NCBI GenBank assembly: GCA_947628895.1
Contig: CANRBS010000001.1
Coordinates: forward strand, 5,783-69,782
Direction of reading: 5' to 3'
Source of the DNA: an uncultured Bacilli bacterium
Lineage (GTDB): Bacteria; Bacillota_I; Bacilli_A; RF39; UBA660
Length of the DNA: 64,000 nt
Positions within the stretch are counted from its first letter, which is position 1; each line of letters starts with the position of its first letter. Position numbers and translations under genes: made by a program. Shown piece after piece: positions 38,613-47,752 of the stretch. The notes under the pieces were generated by a model that ran no database searches, had not been told where the DNA came from, and saw only the letters and a list, made by a program, of their open reading frames with translations.

Positions 38613-39422
38613 TTAATTTTCTTTTCTATATATACTTTCTTCTTTTACATAACCTTCACATATTCTATATGGAGCTTTTGCACCTCTTATGATTTCTTCA
38701 ATTCTTGACTTTTTATCACATACATTAGTTTTTATATTATCAGCACTACTAGTATCATAAATATCACCTGAAACATAGATAGTGTCTCCTACTTTATATT
38801 TATAATTATCTAAATGATTAAGTCCTTTATCCCTTATAATTTTAGGATAATCATAAAAAGCAACATCTCCATCTACTCTTCCATCTATTCCACTAATTTC
38901 ATCATATGATGTATTTTGCCACATTCCAGCGGTAATATCAACATCAAATTTATCTGCCCAATATGCTACCCATTTATCATAAGGATCAAGCTCTCTTGAA
39001 TCTAAATTACTTCTAAATCTATTTAAACTTGAATAAATACCAACATAATACCCATTCTTTTCCATTTCATCACAATAATATTTAACTATTTCAATTAATT
39101 TATCTTTTCTAAGTGCCATTTGTTTTCTACTTTCTACATCTAGAAAAACTGGATACTCTAACTTTTTATCTTTAATAAGTCTTAGTGTATGATTAACTTC
39201 ACTTCTAGCATCATCTAATGTAGTAGCATCACTAAATAAATATACTCCATATGGTATTTTTAACTCTTCACATAATCTTGCATTTCTTTCAAAATAAACA
39301 TCATCTTGACTATATAAATTATTACCAAAACCACATCTTATAATAGCAAAATCTATATAAGGTTTAACTTTTTCCCAATCAATTCTTCCTTGATATGCTG
39401 AAACATCTATACCTCTTTTCAT
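38613..39422 (-). CDS. GH25 muramidase (lysozyme) with a C-terminal SH3-like domain, no signal peptide
   Basis: The protein starts MKRGIDVSAYQGRIDW, with the GH25 catalytic D and Q at the very N-terminus, as in phage endolysins. The C-terminal 70 aa are SH3_5-like. Confidence 0.75.
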   Translation of the reverse strand: MKRGIDVSAYQGRIDWEKVKPYIDFAIIRCGFGNNLYSQDDVYFERNARLCEELKIPYGVYLFSDATTLDDARSEVNHTLRLIKDKKLEYPVFLDVESRKQMALRKDKLIEIVKYYCDEMEKNGYYVGIYSSLNRFRSNLDSRELDPYDKWVAYWADKFDVDITAGMWQNTSYDEISGIDGRVDGDVAFYDYPKIIRDKGLNHLDNYKYKVGDTIYVSGDIYDTSSADNIKTNVCDKKSRIEEIIRGAKAPYRICEGYVKEESIYRKEN

Positions 39423-39588
39423 TAAATCATCTCCAATATTAATATTTTAGATAAAATTATTTATCTATTATAAGATACTTAAAAATATTAATAAATTGTA
39501 GAGAATTTATCATAAATAAAATAATTAAATATTTTTCTTTAATTTACTTATTAAATTATACATGATACAATTTTATTAGAGGTGAATT

Positions 39589-41457
39589 ATGATATATTAC
39601 TCAAAATCTTATGGAATAGATGATTGTATAAATAGACAAATAGATATATCAATATCTCTTAGTAAAGAGTTTAGTGATAAAACTATTTATATGTTAAATG
39701 ATGATACAAATTTTAAAGACTTATTTAAAAATACAAATATTAAAGTAATAAATGATTATAAAAAATTAAAAGAAAATGATATAGTTGTTTTAAACTATTA
39801 TGGTGAAAGTAAAAATACTTATGATTATTTAAACAAAAATAAAATCATTTATTATGAATCATGTTCATTTGATATATCTAATACTAGTAAAACTATATTA
39901 GAAAAATATAATCAAAAATTTAATATTATTATAGTTGGAGATAAAAACTCAAAAGAAGTAATTAATTATAATACTTGGTGTAATAAAAAAGCATTAATTA
40001 TTGATAACATTAGTGATTTTAAGTTAATAAATAAAAATAATTATTTTATATTTTATTCTTTATATACATCAGTTGAATTATTAAATGAATTACAAAAATA
40101 TTTAAATGAAAATAAAATTGATTATGAAATAGATAATTCTATTTATGAAAGACAAAATAATATAGAAAAAGATACTATTAATTTATCTGAATATGTAGAT
40201 AAATTAATTATATTAGGAAGTAGTAATTATACTAATAAATTAGTACAAAAATGTTCTTTAAATACTAAAGTATATTTATATAAAGATATAAATGAATTTT
40301 ATAAAGGTATTAAAGCTGAAAAATTCACTAATGAAGAAAAAATAGGATTTTCTATGGAAGAAAATATTTCTAGAAATATTATGTATGATTGTGCTCATTT
40401 ATTAGAATTTTATATTTATTATAAAGATAGAATTAAAGATATAGAAGAAGAAATAAATAATTTTAATGAATTTATCAAATCAAAAGATAATAAAATTATA
40501 ACTGAGGCTATTCAAAAATTTATTAATATGAATAGTGGTGGTAAATATTTAAGAGCAATACTTATTGATCTTGGATATAAGTTAAATAAAGATAGTGATT
40601 ATGCACTTAAACTCGCTTCTTCTTATGAAGCATTTCAAACTTCTATATTAATACATGATGATATTATTGATAACTCTTGTTTTAGAAGAGGAAAAGAAAC
40701 TATTTCATATAGCTATAAAAAAGAATTTGAGTGTTTTAACTCTAATGATAATATTCATAATAATTTAGCTCTTTGTATTGGTGACTTAGGATTTTACTTC
40801 GTAAATGAATATATACTAAATAATTATAAAGATAATAAAAACTTTAATAAATTATTTTCTTATTATAATAATATTGTTATTAATACTATTAAAGGTGAAA
40901 TACTTGATGTTTATTTACCTTTTGTTGAAGAGTATGATAAAAAACGGGTATTAAAAGAAGAAGATATAATGGAAATATATAAATTGAAAACGGCACACTA
41001 CTCTATAGTCGGTCCATTTGTTATGGGAATGATACTATCTAACTCAAGAGATGATGAAATTAAAGAAATGGAAAATATTTTAGAGAATGTTGGTATTGCT
41101 TTTCAAATAAAAGATGATATTTTAGGTATTTATAGTAGTAATGAAATACTTGGAAAACCAGTATTTAGTGATATTGAAGAATTTAAACAAACAATACTTT
41201 ATTCTTATATTAAAATTAATAAAAAAGAATATTTAAATGAATTACTAAAATATTATGGTAAAAAAGAATTAACAGAAGATACTGCGGTAAAAGTACAAAA
41301 AATCATTGAAGAATCTGGTTCACTAAAATATGCTAATGATAAAATGAATGATATGTTTACTTTAGCTAAAAGAGAAATTAATTTTCTTCAAATTAATAAA
41401 GAAATAAAAGATATACTACTAGGTTTAATAGTATATTTAGAATTAAGGGAAAAATAA
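39589..41457 (+). CDS. trans-polyprenyl diphosphate synthase (IspA/GGPPS-like) with a 300-aa N-terminal extension of unknown function
   Basis: The C-terminal half carries both Asp-rich motifs (ILIHDDIIDN and FQIKDDILG). The N-terminal half has an IILGSSNYTNKL block weakly reminiscent of the IspH/LytB VVGSxNSSNS box. Confidence 0.7.
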   Translation: MIYYSKSYGIDDCINRQIDISISLSKEFSDKTIYMLNDDTNFKDLFKNTNIKVINDYKKLKENDIVVLNYYGESKNTYDYLNKNKIIYYESCSFDISNTSKTILEKYNQKFNIIIVGDKNSKEVINYNTWCNKKALIIDNISDFKLINKNNYFIFYSLYTSVELLNELQKYLNENKIDYEIDNSIYERQNNIEKDTINLSEYVDKLIILGSSNYTNKLVQKCSLNTKVYLYKDINEFYKGIKAEKFTNEEKIGFSMEENISRNIMYDCAHLLEFYIYYKDRIKDIEEEINNFNEFIKSKDNKIITEAIQKFINMNSGGKYLRAILIDLGYKLNKDSDYALKLASSYEAFQTSILIHDDIIDNSCFRRGKETISYSYKKEFECFNSNDNIHNNLALCIGDLGFYFVNEYILNNYKDNKNFNKLFSYYNNIVINTIKGEILDVYLPFVEEYDKKRVLKEEDIMEIYKLKTAHYSIVGPFVMGMILSNSRDDEIKEMENILENVGIAFQIKDDILGIYSSNEILGKPVFSDIEEFKQTILYSYIKINKKEYLNELLKYYGKKELTEDTAVKVQKIIEESGSLKYANDKMNDMFTLAKREINFLQINKEIKDILLGLIVYLELREK

Positions 41458-41492
41458 AAACATTTGATTTTCATTTTTCAAATGTTTTTTTA
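41456..41492. terminator. bidirectional terminator hairpin
   Basis: The hairpin AAAACATTTGA-N9-TCAAATGTTTT has T-runs on both sides. Confidence 0.5.
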
Positions 41493-41493
41493 A

Positions 41494-42480
41494 TTATCTT
41501 GAAAGCCCCATCTTTTCTTTCATAAATTCATACTTTTCATGTGCAAGACTTCTTGATTTTTTAATACCTTCATCAAGTATTTCATCTAATTCTTTACTAT
41601 TTATAATTTCATTATATTTAGTTTGTATTTTTTCTATAAAATTAGCTACTACATCAGCAACATAAGATTTAAATTCACCATAACCTTTTCCTTTAAATCT
41701 ATTTTCTAATTCTTCTATAGTAGTATTATCTAAAATAGCCGCTATATTTAATAAGTTAGAAATTCCTGGTTGAATCTCTTTATCATAATGAATATTATTT
41801 AAGCTATCTGTTGTAGCTTTTTTTATTTTAGATTTAACGGCATCTACAGTATCAAATAAACTAATTACTCCACCTGGATTTTCTTCTGATTTACTCATTT
41901 TCTTTAATGGATTTTTTAAATCATTTATTTTTTGTCCATTTAAGTTTATGAATGGCTCTGGTAATTTAAAAGTTTCACCATATTTATTATTAAATCTTTC
42001 TGCTATATTTCTTGCAAGTTCTACATGTTGTTTTTGATCTATTCCAACTGGTACTAAATCAGCATCACAATATAAAATATCAGCAGCCATTAATATTGGA
42101 TATGTAAGAAGACCAACTGAAAAATTAGCGGTTTGTTTACTTTTTTCTTTAAATTGTATCATTCTAGATGCTTCTCCATAAGTTGTACTACATTCAAGTA
42201 AATATGAAATATCACCTAAATATTCATTTTCTGATTGAATATAAATAGTATTCTTTTTAGGATCTATTCCACAAGCAATATACATAGCTATAAATTTGCG
42301 AATTCTTTGTTTTAATTCATTTGGATCTTGATATGTAGTTAAAGCATGTAAATCAGCAACAAATACAAAAGATTCATATTCATCTTGTAATTTAACCATT
42401 TGACTAATTGATCCAATATAATTACCAAGTGTTAAGTCACCTGTTGGTTTTAAACCAGTTAATATTCTTTTCATAAACAC
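41494..42480 (-). CDS. trpS: tryptophanyl-tRNA synthetase
   Basis: The sequence GLKPTGDLTLGNYIG carries the HIGH-class motif. The KMSKS motif is present. Confidence 0.9.
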   Translation of the reverse strand: MFMKRILTGLKPTGDLTLGNYIGSISQMVKLQDEYESFVFVADLHALTTYQDPNELKQRIRKFIAMYIACGIDPKKNTIYIQSENEYLGDISYLLECSTTYGEASRMIQFKEKSKQTANFSVGLLTYPILMAADILYCDADLVPVGIDQKQHVELARNIAERFNNKYGETFKLPEPFINLNGQKINDLKNPLKKMSKSEENPGGVISLFDTVDAVKSKIKKATTDSLNNIHYDKEIQPGISNLLNIAAILDNTTIEELENRFKGKGYGEFKSYVADVVANFIEKIQTKYNEIINSKELDEILDEGIKKSRSLAHEKYEFMKEKMGLSR

Positions 42481-42520
42481 TCCTTTAAATATTAATATAA
42501 GTATATCACAAATTAATAAT

Positions 42521-43225
42521 TTATTTTACGGTACCTTTTGTAATATTTCTATTTTGATAGTCTAGAAGAGCTTTATCAAATTCTTCTTCATCAAAATCTG
42601 GAAAACAAGTAGTCGTAAAATATATTTCAGCATAACTAATACTATATAACATAAAATTACTAATTCTAATTTCTCCACTAGTTCTAATTAATAAATCTAC
42701 TGGTGGTAAATCATTATATAAATAATGGTAATAGTTTTCAGTATCAAGTGAATTTATATCTAACTTACCTTCTTCTACAAGATCCACTATTTTCTTAGTA
42801 GTATCAACTATTTCTGCTTGTCCACCATAATTTAAACATACATTAAATACGGTTTTTTTACAATTACTAGTCTCGTTTTCTATTTCTTTCATTACATTAT
42901 AAACTTCATCACTAAGTGGCTCTTTTCTACCTGAAAATACTACTTTTATATCATTTTTAATAAAGAAATTTTGATCGCTTTTAAATGCTGTTACAAATAA
43001 ATTCATTAAATAATCTACTTCTTCTTTACTTCTTTTAAAGTTTTCAGTAGAAAATGCAAATACGGATAAATATTTAACACCCTTATCTAATATATGAAGT
43101 GCTGTTTTTTTAAGTGTTTTATATCCAGCATAATGTCCTTCACTTCTTTTAAGTCCTCTTCTTGTAGCCCATCTTCCATTTCCATCCATTATAATAGCTA
43201 CATGAGTTGGAATATCATTTTTCAT
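42521..43225 (-). CDS. uppS: undecaprenyl diphosphate synthase
   Basis: The motif HVAIIMDGNGRWA is present. Confidence 0.9.
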   Translation of the reverse strand: MKNDIPTHVAIIMDGNGRWATRRGLKRSEGHYAGYKTLKKTALHILDKGVKYLSVFAFSTENFKRSKEEVDYLMNLFVTAFKSDQNFFIKNDIKVVFSGRKEPLSDEVYNVMKEIENETSNCKKTVFNVCLNYGGQAEIVDTTKKIVDLVEEGKLDINSLDTENYYHYLYNDLPPVDLLIRTSGEIRISNFMLYSISYAEIYFTTTCFPDFDEEEFDKALLDYQNRNITKGTVK

Positions 43226-43357
43226 AAGTACTCTCCTTCAAATTCACTATTATTATACAAGAAATATTTAATTATTTACACTATTTTTATTTTTTTTTAC
43301 ACTTTTTAATTAAAATATAGTATAATTTATTAGATTTAAGAAAAAGGTGGTGTAAAA

Positions 43358-44692
43358 ATGTTAGAAAAAATAGAAGATTTAATTGAAGAAAAGAAATATT
43401 CAAAAATAAAAGAATTATTAATTGAAATGAATGAGCATGATATTGCTGATATTTTAGAAAATTTATCTAAAAAGGAAGCAATTAAAATATTTAGATTATT
43501 AAAAAAAGAAGTAGCAGCAGTCGTATTTTCTAATTTAGAAACAGATACACAAACAAGCATCATTACATCACTAAGTGATATGGAAGCAGTTGATATTATT
43601 AATGATATGTCAGCAGATGATGCTACTGATTTAATTGATGAAATGCCCGCGAATGTTGTAAATAAATTACTAAATAAAGTCGATAGTGATACTAGAAGAA
43701 ATATAAATCAATTACTTAAGTATCCTGATAATTCTGCTGGTAGTATTATGACTGTAGAATATCTTGATTTTAAAGAATATATAACTATAAGAGATGCTAT
43801 TAAAAAGATAAGACGTGAATATGATGAGAAAGAAACAATTAATATATGTTTTGTTACTGATAAAAGAAGAAAATTAATTGGTAGTGTTAAATTAAAAGAT
43901 TTAGTTATTAATAATGAAGATATGAGTATAAAAGATATAATGGATAATGATATCATTTCAGTAAATACTCTTATGGATCAAGAAGAAGTTGCTAAAATAA
44001 TAAAAGATTATGATTTAACAAGTGTTCCTGTAGTTGATAGTGAAAATAAATTAGTTGGAATTATTACTATTGATGATGTAATTGATATTATTGAAGAAGA
44101 AACCACAGAAGATATTGAAAAAATGGCCGCTATTGTACCAACTGAAAAATCATATCTAAAATTATCTATATTTGATATTTATAAAAGTAGAATTCCATGG
44201 TTACTTCTTTTAATGATTTCAGCTACGGTTACAGGTAAAATAATAAGTCATTATGAAACTTCACTTGCAAGTATGGTAATTCTTACATCATTTATTCCAA
44301 TGATTATGGATACTGGTGGTAATGCTGGTGGTCAAGCAAGTGCTACTATTATAAGAGGACTATCATTAAATGATATTGAATTTAAAGATATTTTTAAAGT
44401 TATATTTAAAGAATTAAGAGTATCTTTAATTGTAGGTGTAACTCTTGCTATTGCAAACTTTATTAAATTATTAGTTATTGATAAAGTTAGTACTACTATC
44501 GCGGTTGTAGTCTGTTTAACTTTAATTCTTACTGTATGTGTTGCTAAAATCATTGGTTGTACTCTTCCAATAATAGCTAAAAAGATTGGATTTGATCCAG
44601 CTGTTATGGCAAGCCCATTTATTACTACTATTGTTGATGCAATATCTTTATTTATATATTTTAAAACTGCAGTTGGTATACTTGGCATATAA
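43358..44692 (+). CDS. mgtE: magnesium transporter MgtE
   Basis: An N-terminal MgtE_N domain is followed by two CBS domains and then 5 TM helices. Confidence 0.9.
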   Translation: MLEKIEDLIEEKKYSKIKELLIEMNEHDIADILENLSKKEAIKIFRLLKKEVAAVVFSNLETDTQTSIITSLSDMEAVDIINDMSADDATDLIDEMPANVVNKLLNKVDSDTRRNINQLLKYPDNSAGSIMTVEYLDFKEYITIRDAIKKIRREYDEKETINICFVTDKRRKLIGSVKLKDLVINNEDMSIKDIMDNDIISVNTLMDQEEVAKIIKDYDLTSVPVVDSENKLVGIITIDDVIDIIEEETTEDIEKMAAIVPTEKSYLKLSIFDIYKSRIPWLLLLMISATVTGKIISHYETSLASMVILTSFIPMIMDTGGNAGGQASATIIRGLSLNDIEFKDIFKVIFKELRVSLIVGVTLAIANFIKLLVIDKVSTTIAVVVCLTLILTVCVAKIIGCTLPIIAKKIGFDPAVMASPFITTIVDAISLFIYFKTAVGILGI

Positions 44693-44720
44693 AAAAGGCA
44701 AATTCAATTGAATTTGTCTT

Positions 44721-46094
44721 TTATCTTGAATACATACTATAATTTGTTCCGATTTCAGCATTTATCTTTTCATTTATTACAGAAACTTTTCTATGTATTT
44801 GATTAGGCAAAGAGCAAGCTCCTCTTTTAACTCTTAATAGACCAAGCCTACTATTTAAATAAATAGTTTTAACTTTACTGTTTGTTTGACTTTTTCTATT
44901 TTCAAAATCTCGCTTATCATATTCAACATCTAACATTTTATCAGCATATTCATTATCTTTTTGTTGTTTATTAATATATTTCTGTTGTTTTTTAGTAACT
45001 TTATCTATATATTTTGCATTATTTTTATTAATAATAGCTGTTTGTTTGTTATACATATATCCTTGTTTTTCTTGTAATTTTTGAATTTGTTTTTCCAAGC
45101 GATCTATTCTTTTATTTATTGTACCTTTAAAGTTACTATAGCTTGCCTGAGTTAGTTGTGATTTTTTTTCTTCTAAAGTTTTATATTTTTGTTGCAATTG
45201 TAAATCTATTTTATCCATTTTTCTTTGATTAGATTTAATTCTAACATCATCAAAACTATCTAAATCTATATCTTTCATATTTTTTTCATATTCATCTTTA
45301 TTTTTTTCTATTTCACTTACAGTATCACCAATATATGACTGTTCTTTTAATCCATTAAGTTTATTTGATACAACTTTATAGTCTTTTAGAATAGATTTAT
45401 ATGTTTCTAAACTTTCATTAAGTTGATTATGAATATTCTTTTTTTCAAAAGCATCTAGTACATCTTTTGAAAAATATAGTCTATTAAATAAACTAGGACT
45501 TAATGGAGAATTAAAATCTGTTATATTAATATTATTTTTCTTAAAAATATCTAACCATTCATTTTTAGTAATATTATCTGGTAGTTTACCTTCTTTTATA
45601 TAATAATTAAGAGAGTTTTCTACAGAAGCAGGTTGTATAGGTGGAGTTTGTTTTACTGCTTGTGTAGGAGTTGATGGTTGTACAGAACTATTTTGTGTTG
45701 AAACTGCTGTTTGAGTTATTCCAGAATTAGTTTGCATTTGAGATGCATTTTGAGTATTTTTTTGTATCTCTTCTCTTTTTCTTCTTTCTTCTTCTTTTTT
45801 TATTACTTCCTTTTTTATTTTTTGTGTTACATATATTTTTTCATATAATTCATTAAGAGAAATCATAAATTTTAAATAAGAAGATATATCTCTTTTATCA
45901 ATATTATCTAAAGTTATTATATCAATTGTCTTATTTTTTAAATTTTTCAAAGTACTAGAATTTTTAAAATTATTATAATCTTTTTTATTTAATTTATTTA
46001 TATTATTTAGTACATTTGTATATATTTCTAATTCTTTAGATATAATATCTGTTTTTTTCTTAAGTTCACTTATAGTTATTATTGTATTATTCAT
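44721..46094 (-). CDS. hypothetical coiled-coil protein with a Q/T/S/P-rich linker
   Basis: The 457-aa protein has no enzymatic motif. It is translationally coupled to the upstream DUF1292 gene. Confidence 0.45.
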   Translation of the reverse strand: MNNTIITISELKKKTDIISKELEIYTNVLNNINKLNKKDYNNFKNSSTLKNLKNKTIDIITLDNIDKRDISSYLKFMISLNELYEKIYVTQKIKKEVIKKEEERRKREEIQKNTQNASQMQTNSGITQTAVSTQNSSVQPSTPTQAVKQTPPIQPASVENSLNYYIKEGKLPDNITKNEWLDIFKKNNINITDFNSPLSPSLFNRLYFSKDVLDAFEKKNIHNQLNESLETYKSILKDYKVVSNKLNGLKEQSYIGDTVSEIEKNKDEYEKNMKDIDLDSFDDVRIKSNQRKMDKIDLQLQQKYKTLEEKKSQLTQASYSNFKGTINKRIDRLEKQIQKLQEKQGYMYNKQTAIINKNNAKYIDKVTKKQQKYINKQQKDNEYADKMLDVEYDKRDFENRKSQTNSKVKTIYLNSRLGLLRVKRGACSLPNQIHRKVSVINEKINAEIGTNYSMYSR

Positions 46095-46096
46095 AA

Positions 46097-46360
46097 CTAC
46101 TCAACCTCTAATTCACTTACGACTCTATCAATTTCAGAATTAATATAATCAATTTCATCTTTATTTTTTATTTCTTCGAAAGTATAACTATTTTCACTTT
46201 CATTCAAAATTGAAGCAAAAACAGTTTCATTATCATTATTAACTGTATAAATAATAAATGTTTTACCATATACTTTTGATTCAATAATATCAAGTACATT
46301 AACTGTAGCTTTAACATTATTATCTATATAAACTTCTAATTTATTATTAAATTCTTCCAT
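46097..46360 (-). CDS. DUF1292-like small protein (second copy)
   Basis: The 87-aa protein contains ...TFIIYTVNNDNETVFASIL...EEIKNKDEIDYI. It is paralogous to 37594..37854. Confidence 0.4.
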   Translation of the reverse strand: MEEFNNKLEVYIDNNVKATVNVLDIIESKVYGKTFIIYTVNNDNETVFASILNESENSYTFEEIKNKDEIDYINSEIDRVVSELEVE

Positions 46361-46428
46361 AAATTCCTCCTAATTATACTATAGATATTTTATCAAATTA
46401 ATAATAAAATGTCTATAAATTTATTATC

Positions 46429-47607
46429 CTAGATAGACCTTTTATTATTAATCTTTTCTAAATATAATTGTATTAAAGTTTGAATTAAAGTTACAATAAA
46501 TGCACCTAAAAATAACACTTTAAATGAACCAAGTAAAAGAATACCTGCAAGAAAAGTTCCAATACCTTCCCCTACACTAGATATAAAGTATCTTATATTT
46601 TCAAATAAGAATTGACTATCATTATCTACGGTTCTTTGGTATACTCCAGTTACTTTATCTTCTAATATTCTAGAAGTTACATGAGCAAGTACTATAGCTA
46701 TTATAAAACCAATATTGTTATTTAATAAAACCGCAAGTAAATATCCTATACTTCTAGTACCAAACTTAATAATTGTACTTATATACCCTGATAATTTATT
46801 GCTAAATTTATTAAATATAGATGAAAGTATACTACCAAGTAAATTTGAAATAATTATAAATATAGATGCAATTGTTACATTAAGATTAACATAACTTGTT
46901 AAAAGTAATATTACTAAATCAAATACTATTCCATAAGAAATATTAATAATTAATTGATTTAATAAAAATATATTATTTATTTTAGATGTAAATATTTTTT
47001 TAAATGAACTTTTTAAAGTTAATTTTTCTTGTGTTTTTTCTATATCCCTCATAAATAATAAAAGTATACAAGAAATTATTGTTGAAATTAAAGAGATTAT
47101 TAAACAACCATTATAATCAAAAACATATTTACCAAAGCTAATTCCAATCAATAAACCACAAATAATAATTCCAGCATCTTTTGAAAAATATTCTACTACT
47201 GTTTTCTTTTTATAAATTTTATCACTTTTATTTACATTTGAAAGTAATGGAAAAAAAGATATTGTAAATATAACTTCACACATAATAGTAAGTAACATAC
47301 TCGTTTTAATTATAAATTCATTTTTTATACTTAATAGTAAAATAAATGAAATTATTCTAATAATCATTGATAATACAATTACATTTTTAACTTTAATTTT
47401 AGATGAAAATAAACTAATAATAAAAGCTATTATAGAACTACAAATTAATGCAACTGATAAAATTCTACTTATACTTTGTACATTAAAATTTATACTCTCA
47501 AGCCACATACTTCTATAATTAGTCCATATACCAATAGAAAAAGACATTAATGCAAATACTATCAATAATATATTTTCAATACTAAAAAATTTATTTTGTT
47601 CTTTCAT
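46429..47607 (-). CDS. MFS-type 12-TM transporter
   Basis: The 392-aa protein has 12 predicted TM helices. Confidence 0.55.
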   Translation of the reverse strand: MKEQNKFFSIENILLIVFALMSFSIGIWTNYRSMWLESINFNVQSISRILSVALICSSIIAFIISLFSSKIKVKNVIVLSMIIRIISFILLLSIKNEFIIKTSMLLTIMCEVIFTISFFPLLSNVNKSDKIYKKKTVVEYFSKDAGIIICGLLIGISFGKYVFDYNGCLIISLISTIISCILLLFMRDIEKTQEKLTLKSSFKKIFTSKINNIFLLNQLIINISYGIVFDLVILLLTSYVNLNVTIASIFIIISNLLGSILSSIFNKFSNKLSGYISTIIKFGTRSIGYLLAVLLNNNIGFIIAIVLAHVTSRILEDKVTGVYQRTVDNDSQFLFENIRYFISSVGEGIGTFLAGILLLGSFKVLFLGAFIVTLIQTLIQLYLEKINNKRSI

Positions 47608-47752
47608 ATCCGCACTTCCCTATAATTAGATTATAATAATAAATTTGTATTAAATCAAATAAAATTGATTGACAAATTATTACATATTTGATAATATGTC
47701 TTTTAGACCGTTAATTTTATTGCTAATATACACTTAATTTATAGGAGGAATA

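Noticed and set aside
42481-42520. A T-box leader was looked for upstream of trpS.
   Set aside because: Only 40 bp separate trpS from uppS, and no specifier or T-box sequence is present. trpS appears to be co-transcribed with uppS or expressed from a short promoter.
43226-43357. An M-box (ykoK) Mg riboswitch was looked for upstream of mgtE.
   Set aside because: The 130-bp leader is almost pure A/T. It has none of the conserved GC-rich M-box helices.
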